From the human T2T-CHM13v2.0 reference genome, Homo sapiens, in NCBI RefSeq assembly GCF_009914755.1, contig NC_060927.1: a DNA stretch of 64,000 bases; one strand, given 5' to 3'. Of this stretch, positions 1 to 14,276 are shown piece by piece. Numbering within the stretch: the stretch's first letter is position 1; each line of letters starts with the position of its first letter. The notes below the pieces were generated by a model, which did not search any database, was not told the DNA's origin, and saw only the letters and a list, made by a program, of their open reading frames with translations. The translations under genes and the position numbers were made by a program.

Positions 1-1222
1 TATTCAGGACATAGGCATGGGCAAGGACTTCATGACTGAAACACCAAAAGCAATGGCAACAAAAGCCAAAATTGACAAATGGGATCTCATTAAACTAAAG
101 AGCTTCTGCACGGCAAAAAAAAAAAAAAAAAAAAAAAAACCAAAAAAAACTACCATCAGAATGAATAGGCAACCTACAGAATGGGAGAAAAAATTTTTTT
201 TTTTTTTTATTATACTCTAAGTTTTAGGGTACATGTGCACATTGTGCAGGTTAGTTACATATGTATACATGTGCCATGCTGGTGCGCTGGAAAATTTTTG
301 TAATCTACCCATCTGACACAGGGCTAATATCCAGAATCGACAAAGAACTCAAACAAATTTACAAGAAAAAAACCAACCCCATCAAAAAGTGGGCAAAGGA
401 TATGAACAGACACTTCTCAAAAGAAGACAACTATGCAGCCAACAGACACATGAAAAAATGCTCATCACCGGTCATCAAAGAAATGCAAATCAAAACCACA
501 ATGAGATACCATCTCATGCCAGTCAGAATGGCAATCATTAAAAAGGAAACAACAGATGCTGGAGAGGATGTGGAGAAATACAAACGCTTTTACACTGTTG
601 GTGGGAGTGTAAATTAGTTCAACCATTATGGAAGACAGTGTGGCGATTCCTCAAGGATCTAGAACTAGAAATACCATTTGACCCAGCAATCCCATTACTG
701 GGTATATACCCAAAGGATTATAAATCATGCTACTATAAAGACACATGCACACATATGTTTATTGTGGCACTATTCACAATAGCAAAGACTTGGAACCAAC
801 CCGAATGTCCATCAATGATAGACTGGATTAACAAAATGTAGCACATATACACCATGGAATACTATGCAGCCATAAAAAAAGATGAGTTCATGTCCTTTGC
901 AGGGACATGGAAGCTGGAAACCATCATTCTGAGCAAACTATCACAAGGACAGAAAACCAAACACCGCATGTTCTCACTCATAGGTGGGAATTGAACAATG
1001 AGAACACTTGGACACAGGGCGGGGAACATCACACACCAGGCCCTGTCAGCGGTGAGGGGCTGGGGGAGGGATAGCATTAAGAGAAATACCTAATATAAAT
1101 GACGAGTTGATGGGTGCAGCAAACCAACATGGCACACGTCTACCTATGTATCAAACCTGCACGTTGTGCACATGTACCCTAGAACTTAAAGTATAATAAA
1201 AAAAAAACAAATAAAAATAAAA
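1..1222 (+). mobile_element. L1PA (approx. L1PA5-7) 3' portion: ORF2 C-terminus, 3' UTR and A-rich tail, in MRPL3 intron 6
   Basis: ORF2 peptides [33 protein letters not shown] and [13 protein letters not shown]; canonical end ...gtaccctagaacttaaagtataataaa plus A-tail; frameshifted; continues beyond the left edge of the window. Confidence 0.95.
194..289 (-). mobile_element. Severely 5'-truncated L1HS-type insertion nested in the older L1
   Basis: Reverse complement reads cagcgcaccagcatggcac...aactaacctgcacaatgtgcacatgtaccctaaaacttagagtataat(A)n; host L1 resumes at gaaaatttttg (290), duplicating the left flank g(aa)aaaattttt. Confidence 0.88.
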
Positions 1223-1428
1223 GCTATAACCTGATGTGAACCCTTTACATACAATTAATTTGGCACAATTTAAAAACCAGTGTAGGTAACATGAAAGATT
1301 TGAATTCAGAATGAGAAATATATTTATCCTTTATTCACTGACTTGAAAGACTGTACTTCTTTCACTTATTCTATTCTCTTTTAATAGATGAAAACAAAAG
1401 GAAAAGAGAACTCGCTATGAGGACCTAC

Positions 1429-1489
1429 GTTTTGGCTGTGACATCCACATACTGTCCTGGACGAAAGTGAGCAGCATAAAGAGGAGTGC
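1429..1489 (-). CDS. MRPL3: Mitochondrial ribosomal protein L3 (uL3m), coding exon 6 (61 nt)
   Basis: Encodes (G)[19 protein letters not shown](T); aaag| acceptor and |gtaggt donor; phase consistent with exon 5. Confidence 0.95.
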
Positions 1490-2559
1490 CTTTATGAAAA
1501 GAAAATGAAAAATCAATATGAAATTTGACAGCACAGAAACAACTTTATTCAACATAAACTATATCCAGGAAGGCTTCTAGCTGATTTCAAAAATGGTAAG
1601 AGATTCTCTTCTGCAATTAGAAACATCCAAACAATGAAATTATTCAACAAATATGTCTTTTGATTGACTTCACAGAGACCAAAAGTGGTGCTGTTTGAAA
1701 TGAGTGATTCCCATGACAACACAGTGTTCTTGCTGTCAAACATATAAATTTGATGATTCTTGGTTGTTTTAGTGAATAACAGTATACTAAATTAAGATAT
1801 GTTTCTTGTTTTCACATTGGGAAAACAAAAACAAGAATAACCAAAAAATGTTGGGGCTTCATTAAATATCCTGCACCCATTGGACAAACAGGAAACAATT
1901 ACTTGAACCCAAGTCCCTCATATGGTGTGTAATGATCATGGTATGTATGACATCTATATAAAGCCTCTACATATCAGATTTTGGGTGAACTCTTCATTGT
2001 ACCAATAACCTATAGTTCTCCAGTTCATGCCTAGATAATTAGAATAGCAAAAAATTGCCTTTATAGATACTTATTAAATTTTATATAGAAACGTTTACAA
2101 AACTAGTTGTATGCAAATAAAGTCTTACTTTAAATGTACTTGGGAAATGTTATTTTAAAAAGTTTTAAATTTTGTGATGAATCAAAGCCCTTCATAATAT
2201 TGTTTACATAAACTTGAAAGTAACATTTATGAGAACTATTTGGCAATCAATTAGCAAACATTTATAGGGCACTTACAAATATGTGCAGCTAGAAATTCAA
2301 GAATATAAGAATATAAGACATGGCCCCTGACAGCAAGAAATTTATTATCTTGGTGAAGAATAAACATTAACATCATCAAATAAGATACATTTTTTTAAAT
2401 GGCAGAAACCACTGTAGTAGAGAATGTAACTGAAAGTTTATTTATAGTTATAGTTTATTTAATACAAGCAGCAAAGTGCTGTAAGATTGCAGGGGGGGAA
2501 CTTCCTTTAAGTTATAACCCAACCTGGATTTATATAGGCAGAGAAAAACCTTGAATGAA

Positions 2560-2680
2560 GAAAATATAGAGATTTAATCATTCCACATTGTCTACATATT
2601 ATCAAAACATCACACTGTATCCCATAAATGTATATAATTTTGATTTGTCAATCAAAAAATAGTATTAATTTTTTAAAAAG
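2560..2680 (+). mobile_element. Old L1M 3' end fragment
   Basis: ttaatcattccacattgtctacatattatcaaaacatcacactgtatcccataaatgtatataatt resembles the L1M 3' terminus. Confidence 0.65.
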
Positions 2681-3700
2681 AAATTAAGTGACCTTTTATG
2701 AGGCTGAATTGCTGATTTTTGACCATTTTTGACCCCAAAAACAATTTTGTATGATTTGAGCTACAGCAAAAGTTAATGTGGCTTAATTTTATCTTTATCA
2801 TAAACATAAACAAAGAGTTTAAGAAAGTTAGATGTGTTAATACCAAAGAGAATATTAAAAAGTGCTTCAGAACTGTCTACACAACCAAATATTTTAGAAC
2901 TATCCCTTTATATTTAAAGTATTTCCATTATAAACTATTCTAATATACAATGGCCCAAGTACTTCTACTAATTTTTATATTTGTTTAATTCCATTTACCT
3001 TGCCTTAAAATTGCAAAATCTTAACTTCAAAGAATACTTTTAATTCTACCTTGTATCAAGGCTGACCCTCTGTCACACCAATAAAAGCCTACTGCAACTG
3101 TATTTTACTTAAAGCAGTTTAGTTCCGATATTAAATACCAAATCTTAAAGCAGCATTCTACTGTCTTCTTGTCAGAACTCAAGTTCAGAGATCAGGGAGC
3201 TTTTCTGAAGTTCAGACATCAAAATGTTATATTTTGCTAACCATATGAGCCAATATAATCATATGCCAAATCTTTACTCTTTGACAGTCCACGGATTAGG
3301 CAAAATATCTTGGAAATTTTAAGTAAGAATCTTTACATTGAGGTGCTATGGTCGGTCCCTTCTGTTATTATATTTTCTCCAGTTCTTCTACCTAAGCAAG
3401 AGCCTGGCTATTTTTCATGAATGCCAGCCTGTGAACAACGATCTTTGAATTTTAAAAGTTAGTGTATTTCTTTGAGGTGGCTTTTTCAAATATTAAACTC
3501 TCTCTACATTAAAAACAAAAGTGTTCCTCCCTCTCTCACAGAAAGCAAAGAGTTATCTACAGGTTTTTCCACTAAAAAAAAAAAAAAACAAAATGAGATA
3601 CAGTTTTGTATTTAAAAGTAAGTGTTTGAGACTTTGCATTTTAGATGTAGCTTTATTGAAAGGGCTGACATTAAACAAATTGCATATTTGGGTATTTTTA

Positions 3701-3829
<129 letters not shown>

Positions 3830-4369
3830 CTAGAGGAAAAGCAGCACATATAAGTAATACATTGAATATTAAAAGTGGAATTAAATGCATGGAGATCTAA
3901 ACCAAGTTATTAACACCCCAGAAAATAAATCAAAGCATACCTTATTCCTTAATGAACAAAGGGCACCCAATTCCCCTTATTTAAGGGAGGTGAGATTTAT
4001 AGCTATATTTTATTACATCTCTGAATAATCTTACTATTTAGATTCCAATCATGTACATAGTGTTCAAATATAGCACACTGGGAAAGACCTCTGTTCTGCA
4101 GGAAAATAGAGAGTTGTGCTCATATTTAAATTCTGACTGGAGACTGTCTGAATTAAGAACCCAAACCCCGAAAAATCAACTCTGCCTATTCTGCACTTAT
4201 TCTAAACTGGAAGAAAACACGGTATGTTACATTTAAATGTTATGACCACAAACTTCAGAATCTCAAATGTGGCCTGCTTATATCTAGAGATACCTACATA
4301 TCTCTGGTTAAATCATTTTCACACTCTATAAGAAAACTAAGTCACATCCTTTTCTAAAATCTTCAGCAC

Positions 4370-6560
4370 TGTTTCCTCTTCCTCCCTTTGAGTTGATCAA
4401 ATAAAAGAATTAAGAGAACTTCTCCATGCTTTTACCAAATTGTCTATACCAGCACTAATATATTAACAGTACTATCCTCCCACCCCACTCTAGGTTACAC
4501 ATGAGATGCACATGGAGAGCTTCTGGAAAATGCCAACGGCAAGGGCCCTCTGCTTAGAGATTGTAATTTCACTGTCTAGTGTGGGGTCTAGGCATTGCTA
4601 ATTTTCAAGCACCTCACATGATTTCTATGTCAAACTGGGGCTGGAAATCATGCTGACAGATGAGCTCTCCATACTTTTATTAAAAGCACTAATTCCCACC
4701 CCTTCTCACCTATTCAATGGTTTCCTCCTGAAATTGTCCCCACTCTCTTCTAAGAAATCTTCATTTTTTTCCCCTTTCTACTGGAACTTCCTATCACTAT
4801 ATATAACATGTCACAATAATTCACATATTAAAACAAACTTTTTCTTGACCACATATTCTTTAGCTAATTTTTCTGTTCCCCCTTACAGCAAAGCTCCTGG
4901 AAAGACTTGCCAAGTCTACTTTCTCTCCTCCCATTCTGTGAACCCAGTTTAATCAGCACTTTCAGCTCCTAGCACTCAATGCAAAGTGCTTGTCATTCAC
5001 CAAGGATCTCCATACGGTCAACCACACTGGTTGATACTCATTTTACTGAATCTACCAGCAATGCTTAACACAGGTGACCACTCTCTCCATGGAAGACTTT
5101 CTCTTGGCTTCCAGTTACTACTCTCTCGGTTCTCATATATGTGAATGTCTGCACATTTCTAACTTCAATTCCAAATTCTACTTTGAACTATACATTCACA
5201 TGTCCAACTGCCAAGTCATTATCTCCACTTCAATGTCATATAGAAACTTAAGCTTAACGTGTCTAAAACTGAACTCAACTCCCTTCACCAAGCCTGCCCT
5301 TCCCAGGCCTTCTTCCAAATCTCAATAAAAAAGGCAACTCCATAATGCTGCCGTATAGGTCAAAAATCTTATGGTCACCCTTGATTCTTTTCTTCTTCAC
5401 ATTCCATGTCCCATTCATCAGCAATTCCTCCAGACTATTTAAAAATATAGCCCACGCCAACCACTTACCACCCCATCCCAATGTCAACCTCATCCACTAT
5501 CTTCTGCCTGGATTATTTCAATAGCCTCCAAACTGGTCTCCAAGCTTCCACCCTTCCGACTCTCTAGTCTGTTCTCAATTCACAGGCTGGCATTATCATT
5601 TTAAAACTCAAGCCATATCATGTATCTACAGTGGCTTCTACTTCTTACAGAATCAAGTCCTAAGTCCTTACCATGGTTTAAAATGTTCTACACAATCTGA
5701 CCTCATCTTTTACTCTCCTCCTGACTCACCCTGCTTCAGAAAAAATGCACTCCCTTATTGGCCCAAGAACACATCAAACACTAGCCTCAAGACCTTTGCG
5801 CATCCTATTGCCTCTGTCTAGAATGCTTTTCTGCCATATTTTTGCATGACTGGCTCCCTTACTTATTCAGGTATCAATCAAAATATCAACTTACCTTGTC
5901 TAATTACTCAATCTGAAATAGCATCATTTTTTGTCACTTACCCCCTCAGCCTACTTTTATTTTATTAAAGCATATTATTTTATTAATACCAGTTTTTTAG
6001 GCATACCAGGAAGCTTCCGAGAAAAATCCTTTATATTTTTAGTATTACCCTTCAAAGCATTTATCTCCATGTGTCATGATACACATTTTTTACTGTTTCT
6101 ATGTCAGCAGTACCCAACCTTTTCGGTACCAGCGACTGGTTTCATGGAAGACCATTTTTCCACAGACCAGTGGAGGCAGCAAGAGGGATGGTTTCAGAAT
6201 GAAACTGTTCCACCTCAGATTATCAGGCATTAGAGTCTCATAAGGAGCATGCAACCTAGATCCCTCGCACACACAGCTCCTATAGGGTTTGCGCTCCTAT
6301 AAGAATCTAACGCTGCCACTGATCTGACTGACAGGAGGTAGAGCTCGGGTGGTAACTAATGCTCACTCACCTGCCATTCACCTCCTGCTGTGCAGTTCCC
6401 ATTCCTAACAGGCCACAGAGCAGTCTACAGCCCAGGGGATGGGGACCCCTGTTCTATGTAACAGCCTCCCCATTTCACCCCCAAACCTACCCAAATCTAA
6501 GCTTCCTGAAAGCAGAGACTTGCTTTAGTTGCTGCTATATCCCCAGCTCCTGGTAGAACC
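4370..6560. mobile_element. Degraded L2 segment with nested MER5A-like (~4500-4630) and MER1 insertions
   Basis: L2-like motifs such as ctcaagccatatcatgt, gcctctgtctagaatgctttt and the terminal gctatatccccagctcc; boundaries approximate. Confidence 0.6.
6105..6451. mobile_element. MER1B-like hAT-Charlie DNA transposon
   Basis: Termini cagcagtacccaacc... and ...ggggacccctg; perfect 8-bp TSD ttctatgt at 6097-6104 and 6452-6459. Confidence 0.85.
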
Positions 6561-9500
6561 TGCTGTCTGCTCTCCACTCCTGCCTTCTGTCCTGCTATTG
6601 TAAATATCACTACAACCAGTGTCACTAAAAACAAAACCTATGGACATCTTATTTTCTTATAATTCCTGGGTCTTCCCCCCACCTTAATTCTTAAGACTCG
6701 ATATAGATTGCTATAGGACTTGACAAAAAAGTTATGCCACTTTTTATTTCCTGATGTGAAGAGTGCCTCTTTCATCACAATATAACATAGTACATCTATT
6801 TTCCTGCTGTTCGCTCTCCCTCAACTTTCTAACCATAAATGAAGAACCCGCAGGCCCCCAATGGCTATGTTACTCTATGTATGCTTTCCTGAATCTGTCT
6901 GCACCACTCTCTTCATCTGTGATCTCCTCCCTACCCTGCATCTCCAAAGCTTCAAAGTTGAGGAAGAGGGAACAGCAGGTAGATGTATCTGTGTTCGTTT
7001 TATTCTGGTGAAAGAGGCACTCTTCACACTGGGAAATATAAGTACATGTCTCTAGTACTAAATTCAGTTATATTTCCTATCCAGATCCCTCTCTGAGCAG
7101 CCTTACCAGAGCACATTGCTCCTTTGTCTATGCCAACACTAGACACTGGAATATCTCAATTACTGTCCATATCACCATACACTTATCTACTCAAATGTTG
7201 GTCAGCATGCTGACCTGTGAGCACCTGGATGGTAAAGGCTGTTTTTTATTCATCTGTGTCTCTAACTTTACAGCTAAGCACAGTGGCAAGTTAGACAATA
7301 AAGAAGTGGGCTAAACCAACGATGAAAAGAAACAGAAGATAAAGGACAGGCAACCATCTGGGTATAAAGTTTGTCTAACTCTTCCCACTTTTCTACTCTT
7401 CTGCTCCATCAGTTCTTGGAACACGACGTTACTGTGTTTGTGGCCTCAATCTTCAGGTCTAGTTACTGTAAAAGTATAGGCCTAAGAGATATATCATGAC
7501 TTGCTCTGAGGACGAACAAATCAGCAAGAAACTATTATAAAACCAAACCAATAGTAATTGTAATTTTCAAAAAGCAAGAATAGCAGCAACTAAAAAACCC
7601 TAACCAACTCAAGATGACACTGATAATAACAAAGTATCCTTCCCCCAAATTCCAATGAAGTGCCTGCAGAGTCAGACTTGTTTGTAGAATATAATATGTG
7701 AATACTTAGCAAACGTTAGTTACTTGTTCAGTTTAAAATGTAAACCATTAGTACTTATAACTTACTCAGTTGCCTATAGTTGACATGAAATTGGGTGGCA
7801 CTGGCCTGTAAGCACACAGTTTAATTTTTGGATCAGTCTACAACTTACCAGGAATCCCCCTGGGGCTCTCCAGTGGAGCCTACAACAAATGCCAAGAAGC
7901 TCTACTTTGATGTCCACTGAAGACTGTTCTATACCTCACAAGAGTTCTCTCAAGAAGCTATCCTTTCCTCCACAAGAGTGATAACACAAATTCATTCCAA
8001 TCATTCTCTATTATTTTATTTCCTACACGCTGAAATTAACACTAACACCCAACACCACTATTATCAAGTCCCCTGCTTTTCATCTTCAATCATACTCACT
8101 TCTGCAACAAGAGCAAACACAAAATTTTCATTTAACAGTATGGCTCCTTTAAATTATTTTCCTGATGTATAAAATTCAGATTTATTAAATTTTAGAATGG
8201 ACTTCAAGTTTATTTTTGACATTCACCTATTCCACGTGATTTTCAAAGCATATTATTTTGTTAATGCCAGCTTTTTAAGCATATCTGGAAGCTTCTGAGG
8301 AAAATCCTTTACTATTCTAATAATACAAAACAGACAATATATATAAACATTTCATCCTAAGTAACTTTTTAGACTAAACCATAAATAGAACCAAGGTAAA
8401 ACATACTTCTTGATTATCATCCAATTTCACTAATAGTAAATACTTTTTTCTTTTAAAATCAAAATATTATAAAACTAATTAGGTCTCAGTCAGGAGGAAA
8501 ACCAAATGCTCAAGTAGAGTTAAAACCAGAAGCAATGTAAAAGACTTTTTTCTTTTTTTCAGACTTCTAAATAAGTAAATGATTTCAAAAGGCAATTTAA
8601 AAGACTGACAGTACTGTCACAGTTGGATAATCCCATCTATGAGGTTGCATTCTTTTCCCCCACTTCAAAGTTCTCTGCAATTATCCTTCCCACAATGAAA
8701 ATGCCTCTCCTCCTAAGATGAATTGATTTAATCAATGTTTAAGGCCACTTAACTTCCTCATTCAAAAACACTATGTACTACCTCAGTTTTTATTTATAAT
8801 AAGGTACAAAACAAAAAGGCAACGTAGTCTAATTTCTTGGAGGCATAAATTCTTTACAGATTAAAAGAAAACAGTTCTAACACTATTATAAAGTGATTTA
8901 ATTTCCAAATGTTTAGATATATGAAATTTTATATTCATAGGTCTTCGTTTTTTAAAAAATCCTCTATAATCAATCGATTTGCATTTTTTCCTGAGAGCTA
9001 TAATATGGAAGTCTGGATACTTTTAGTTTCAAAAATCTTTGTTTTCAAACAAAAATGATGTATTTACAAAGAATTCTAAAACTTCATTTTCACATTTCAT
9101 TTTGAAGAAAGGTCATTTTATAGACAAAGCTTTTTCTTGTTATTGTAATAAATGTCATCTGGACTTAGAAATTTTATATCTTGAAGAAATTTTATATCTT
9201 GAAGAAAGAAGGTCCTTCGCAGTACTTTCTATGCTAGAGAAGTGAAGTTTTCAAAGTTTACGTAAATTAAGTGGGTCAAAATCCACCACAACATTAGAAC
9301 ACAACATCCAAATCACCCTGCTGTGCTATGTAACCACTGAAGAGAATAAAGCTATCAGAATAAGCTAAAGAGAAAAAAATGTGTGAACAGCCTCGACTAT
9401 GAAATGCAATACCTATCATTCTGTAATATTAATTATTAGTACTGTTATAGTAATACTATTAGTATTACTTTCATAAAATTTTGATTATAACACATCTTTA

Positions 9501-11906
9501 TCACTAAGTAAAATAGAATAAATTGAGCTCCCATGTACTTTTTTTCTCCAAACTTGTTTTTTCTTGAGAATTAAAATATTCAGAGAACCAATGTGAGACT
9601 TTCAGAACTGGAAGATAATTCAGAGACCATCAAGTACTATTCCTTGTTTTTATGGGTAAGAAAATAGATGTTCAAAAGGTGAGTATAGGGGACCTAAAGG
9701 TAGAAATCAGGATTAGAACTCAACTTTTCTGATCCCACATCACTTGTTTTCTCACTACCTCATATTTCAGAGGAAGCAATCTTCACAGACCTGGCTGGGG
9801 CAGAAGGGATTACCCTAGCATGCTTGATTTACAAATATCCAGGCCATGAAGGCATCAATTTACAAAACTTGTAATGAAAATGAAGATGATGATGCTAGTC
9901 ATTACAAAAACACAGAAGTACAATCAAGTAGAAAACAGTGGCATCTATCAAACCAAAGAATTACTCATATGAAGGCTGGTACATAATAAATTTTTAAAAA
10001 GTCAAACACTTGATTTTTTTAAAAAGTTCCCATAAATATCTCATTGTACTCTATAATTACTATGGAGTTATATGAAACCCAAATTTGTTAGTCAATAAAC
10101 TGTTAAGAATAGCAGGACAGATATTATGACAAAGCTTTAAAGAAAAATAAATGGAGTATGCTACCATAATATTCAAAAATAGCTAACTTCTCTAACACGA
10201 AACAAAATAAACCATGTCACAGATTTCAGTGATTTCCACCACCACTTATTGACTAATCAGTATTTCTCACCATTTATAGAACTATGATTTCCTGTGAACA
10301 TCTCAAACATCTTTCCTCCAAAGCTTCCCTTTTCCTTGTTCCTATCCCAGAGTATGCAATCAGCACTGACCTAGTTGTGTCCTCCCACCTAGTCCTTTCC
10401 AATCCCTGCCCCTTCCAATCTCAATGCAACTGCCTTGCTTCTAAAGGCTCTTATCAACTCTCCCCTGATCTCTTAAAACAATCTCCTAAAAACTCTTTCC
10501 TTCTATCAGATTTTTAAAATTTTAGTTAACTAATTTAACAATCTGAACAAGTTACTGACCTAGTTAAAGAATTCAGAAAGCACCTCAAAGTCCGTAAGAT
10601 GAAGTCTAAACCTCACACACTACCTTGATAGCTGCAGCTTCACCACCCTCCCAACACTGGCCCAGGCCTGCACACTAAAATGCAGCCACATTACACTTCT
10701 CTCCCCAAGCACACATGCTCTTCCATGTTGTCTCTGCTTCTGCAGAGGCCATTCTCTCTGGCATGCCTGTAACACCCATTTTCCTTTCTGTTCTCCCTGT
10801 GAAACCTCCTGGGATTTTCCCTGGCAGAATTGGCTGTCTCCGGTTCTGTGCTCCTTGGATTTATAATATTGTACTGGGATGGCTGGTTTATTTGTGTAAC
10901 TTCCTCACTAGCTTATGAGCTCCCAGTGGGTAGATATCAAGACACAGTTAAGTAAGGCTCTGGTGTCTGTCGCTCTACCTTTTACCAGTGGGTGACTTTG
11001 AATGAGTTAGTTAACTGCGTTAGCCTCAGAGGCTGAAAAGTTTATATAAAGTAACAAATGAAAAAAGCGTAATGCTTATGCACGTGGCATGTAATAAATG
11101 TTCAATAAAAGTTAACTATCAGAAAATAGAGTAGTTAGTAGGATAAACACCTGATAGTTTTGACAGTCAGAGAGTATGGGTTGTATCCTAATTTCTGCCT
11201 TGTTCATTTCATAAACAGTTTACAATGAAAAAAAAGTTTGTCTTAGAGATAAGCAATGTGTTATAGTAAACCTAAAGATGTTTACTGAAAACCATCACCA
11301 TTTTGAGAAAGGTTTTCTGGTTTTAGTTATTCAATACAGGATACTCATTGGGCAGCTTTTCCAAACTTAAACTACAAACTCAGTACTCTACTTAAAAAAA
11401 AATGCTTTATTAAAAAAAATCTGATTTGGATTCTTATACAGCTTTCTCCCAAACACTGAAAGCTCCTTCCAGAATACACAAAATTAATTTCCACATGCTC
11501 TTGGTGTCAAGAGTTAAGACAATTTTCCATAGGAAGAAAGTGAAATGAAACATAAAACAATAACAAAATAACCAAATCTACTGAGTGTCTGTTATATTCC
11601 AAGCACATCTGAAAAACCTAATTTAATCCTTGTGATAAATCTATTAGGTATGTAGTATTTTTGTTCCCATTGTACAGATATACAAGCACTACAGCTTAGA
11701 GAGGTAAAATTACTTGTTCCAGATACAGGGAGAGGTATTAGAACAAACTCAAGAGTCTCCAAGACTCCTGGGCAAAATGGCTGTGCCAGACTGCCTCCCC
11801 CAAATACACAATTTACCTCACAAACAAATGCAAGTTTGTGGCTGTGGAACAATCTCAAAACATAAACTCATCCAGATTTGAAACTGATGAAAAATGCAGT
11901 ATTCTA

Positions 11907-12026
<120 letters not shown>

Positions 12027-12203
12027 CTAAAAAAACAAACATAAAAAAACTAAGCATGTGCCAATATATATTTTAACATTACAAACCAGCCCCATTGAGA
12101 CCTTAGGACAAATAGGAATTCCCTACAGTTACTTACCTCATCTTTCCTCTAACACCAACCACAATCTTAAAAATATAAATTAAAAAAAAAAAGATTAAAT
12201 ACA

Positions 12204-12588
<385 letters not shown>

Positions 12589-12614
12589 TCACCTCCTCAT
12601 CTTTTTACCCAAGA

Positions 12615-12786
12615 GCAGGAGTTCTCAAAAGTATGGTCACCAGACAAGCAGTGTCAGGATTCCCTGGGAACTTAATAAAGACACTGATTCTCAGGCCTCA
12701 ATCCAGACCTACTGAATCAGAATCTTTGTGTTTTATAAGACCTCTAAGTGATTCTGAGGTTCACTAAAGTTTGAGAAGCACTGCCC
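12615..12786. mobile_element. MER5A-like DNA element inside an old antisense L1M fragment (~12480-13230)
   Basis: gttctcaaaagtatgg...cagacctactgaatcagaat...aaagtttgagaagcactg. Confidence 0.7.
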
Positions 12787-14156
12787 TAGAAATAACTCTT
12801 GACATTTATGGTAACTATTTACTTTTCTTTATAATTACTATATTGGAAAGTATTGCCTGCTTTAAACTTTATATAAATGGAATCAGATTTTATGCATTTT
12901 ATGTACTCTTCCATGTCTTACTTCACTTAACATATTTGTAAGGTTCATCTATATTGTGTGTAGCTCTATTCTGTTCATTTTCATTGCTGTACAACATTTC
13001 ATTATGTGAATATAACATGATTTGTTTACCTGTTCTACTGTGGACAGAGACTTGGGTTATTTCTAGTTTGTTGGCATTAAGTGTGATGCTGCTGCTCAAG
13101 TTTTCTAGTAATACTTGGAAGTGGAATTGCTAGACTACAGGCTAACTCGTCTTAATTTTGCCACATAATGCTAAAGTGTTTTCCAAAATGGTTTTGTACC
13201 AATTTACAATCCCACCAGCCATTACTGAAAGCCCCCTGCCCCCGCCAGTTTCTTCAGAGTTCACAAAACTATTGTCTTATACTTGATCATTCAGAGCCAA
13301 TAATAATTTGCAAAGGATCTATAGACTCTTTGAGCCTTATTAGCACTCTAAGCACTTAGGTGCATGAGCTGTTACTTTACATCACCTGTATCATTACTTG
13401 CCTAAGACTAAGCCCCAAGATCAACTGAGTTGTTCAAAGTGATTGGGGGAGTGATGATCTCTTACCAGTATCTTTCTATAATAATAATAATAATAATAAT
13501 AACAACAATGATAATGATAAAGACAATAGTAGCTAATATTTAGTGGACACTTAACATTGTTTCAAGTGCCTGACATTTATCATCTGGTGCAATCTACACA
13601 ATAACCTTTTGAAGTAGCTCACAATTATTTCTTTTACAGAATAGAGTATCTTTTACAGATGAGGCACAGTGCTCCAAGGAACACACTAGTAAGTGGCAGA
13701 ATCAAGATTGCAACTCAGGTATTCTGGTCTCAGGACACACATTCTTACCCACTAGACTATAGCTTACCTTAGTGAACAAAATACAGCCTCACCAGACAAG
13801 AGTATTATATTCTGTTAGCAAAAAGATCAAAACTGTAATCTGGAGTTGAAAGAACTCCATAAAAGGAAACAAAATGGGATTGAGATTTTTTTCCAATTAT
13901 GAAGTAAACAAGGGGATCTGTAAAAGGCTAGGTTATACTTAAAAAAAAATTCATTGCTCCAGTTATCCCAATATCAGTATCAGAAGGCCACTGCTCAGGC
14001 AAGAGTGAGAACATTCCTGAAACCACCATAAGTTCTTTAATACTATTTATGTTCAACATCACCCCTTTCTTCACCATACAGTTCCATGTTTCAGGACACA
14101 AATAGTTCTTGTTAAGGTTTGCACAAACAGATCTTGAAACACATAGATATCTCTTA

Positions 14157-14276
<120 letters not shown>

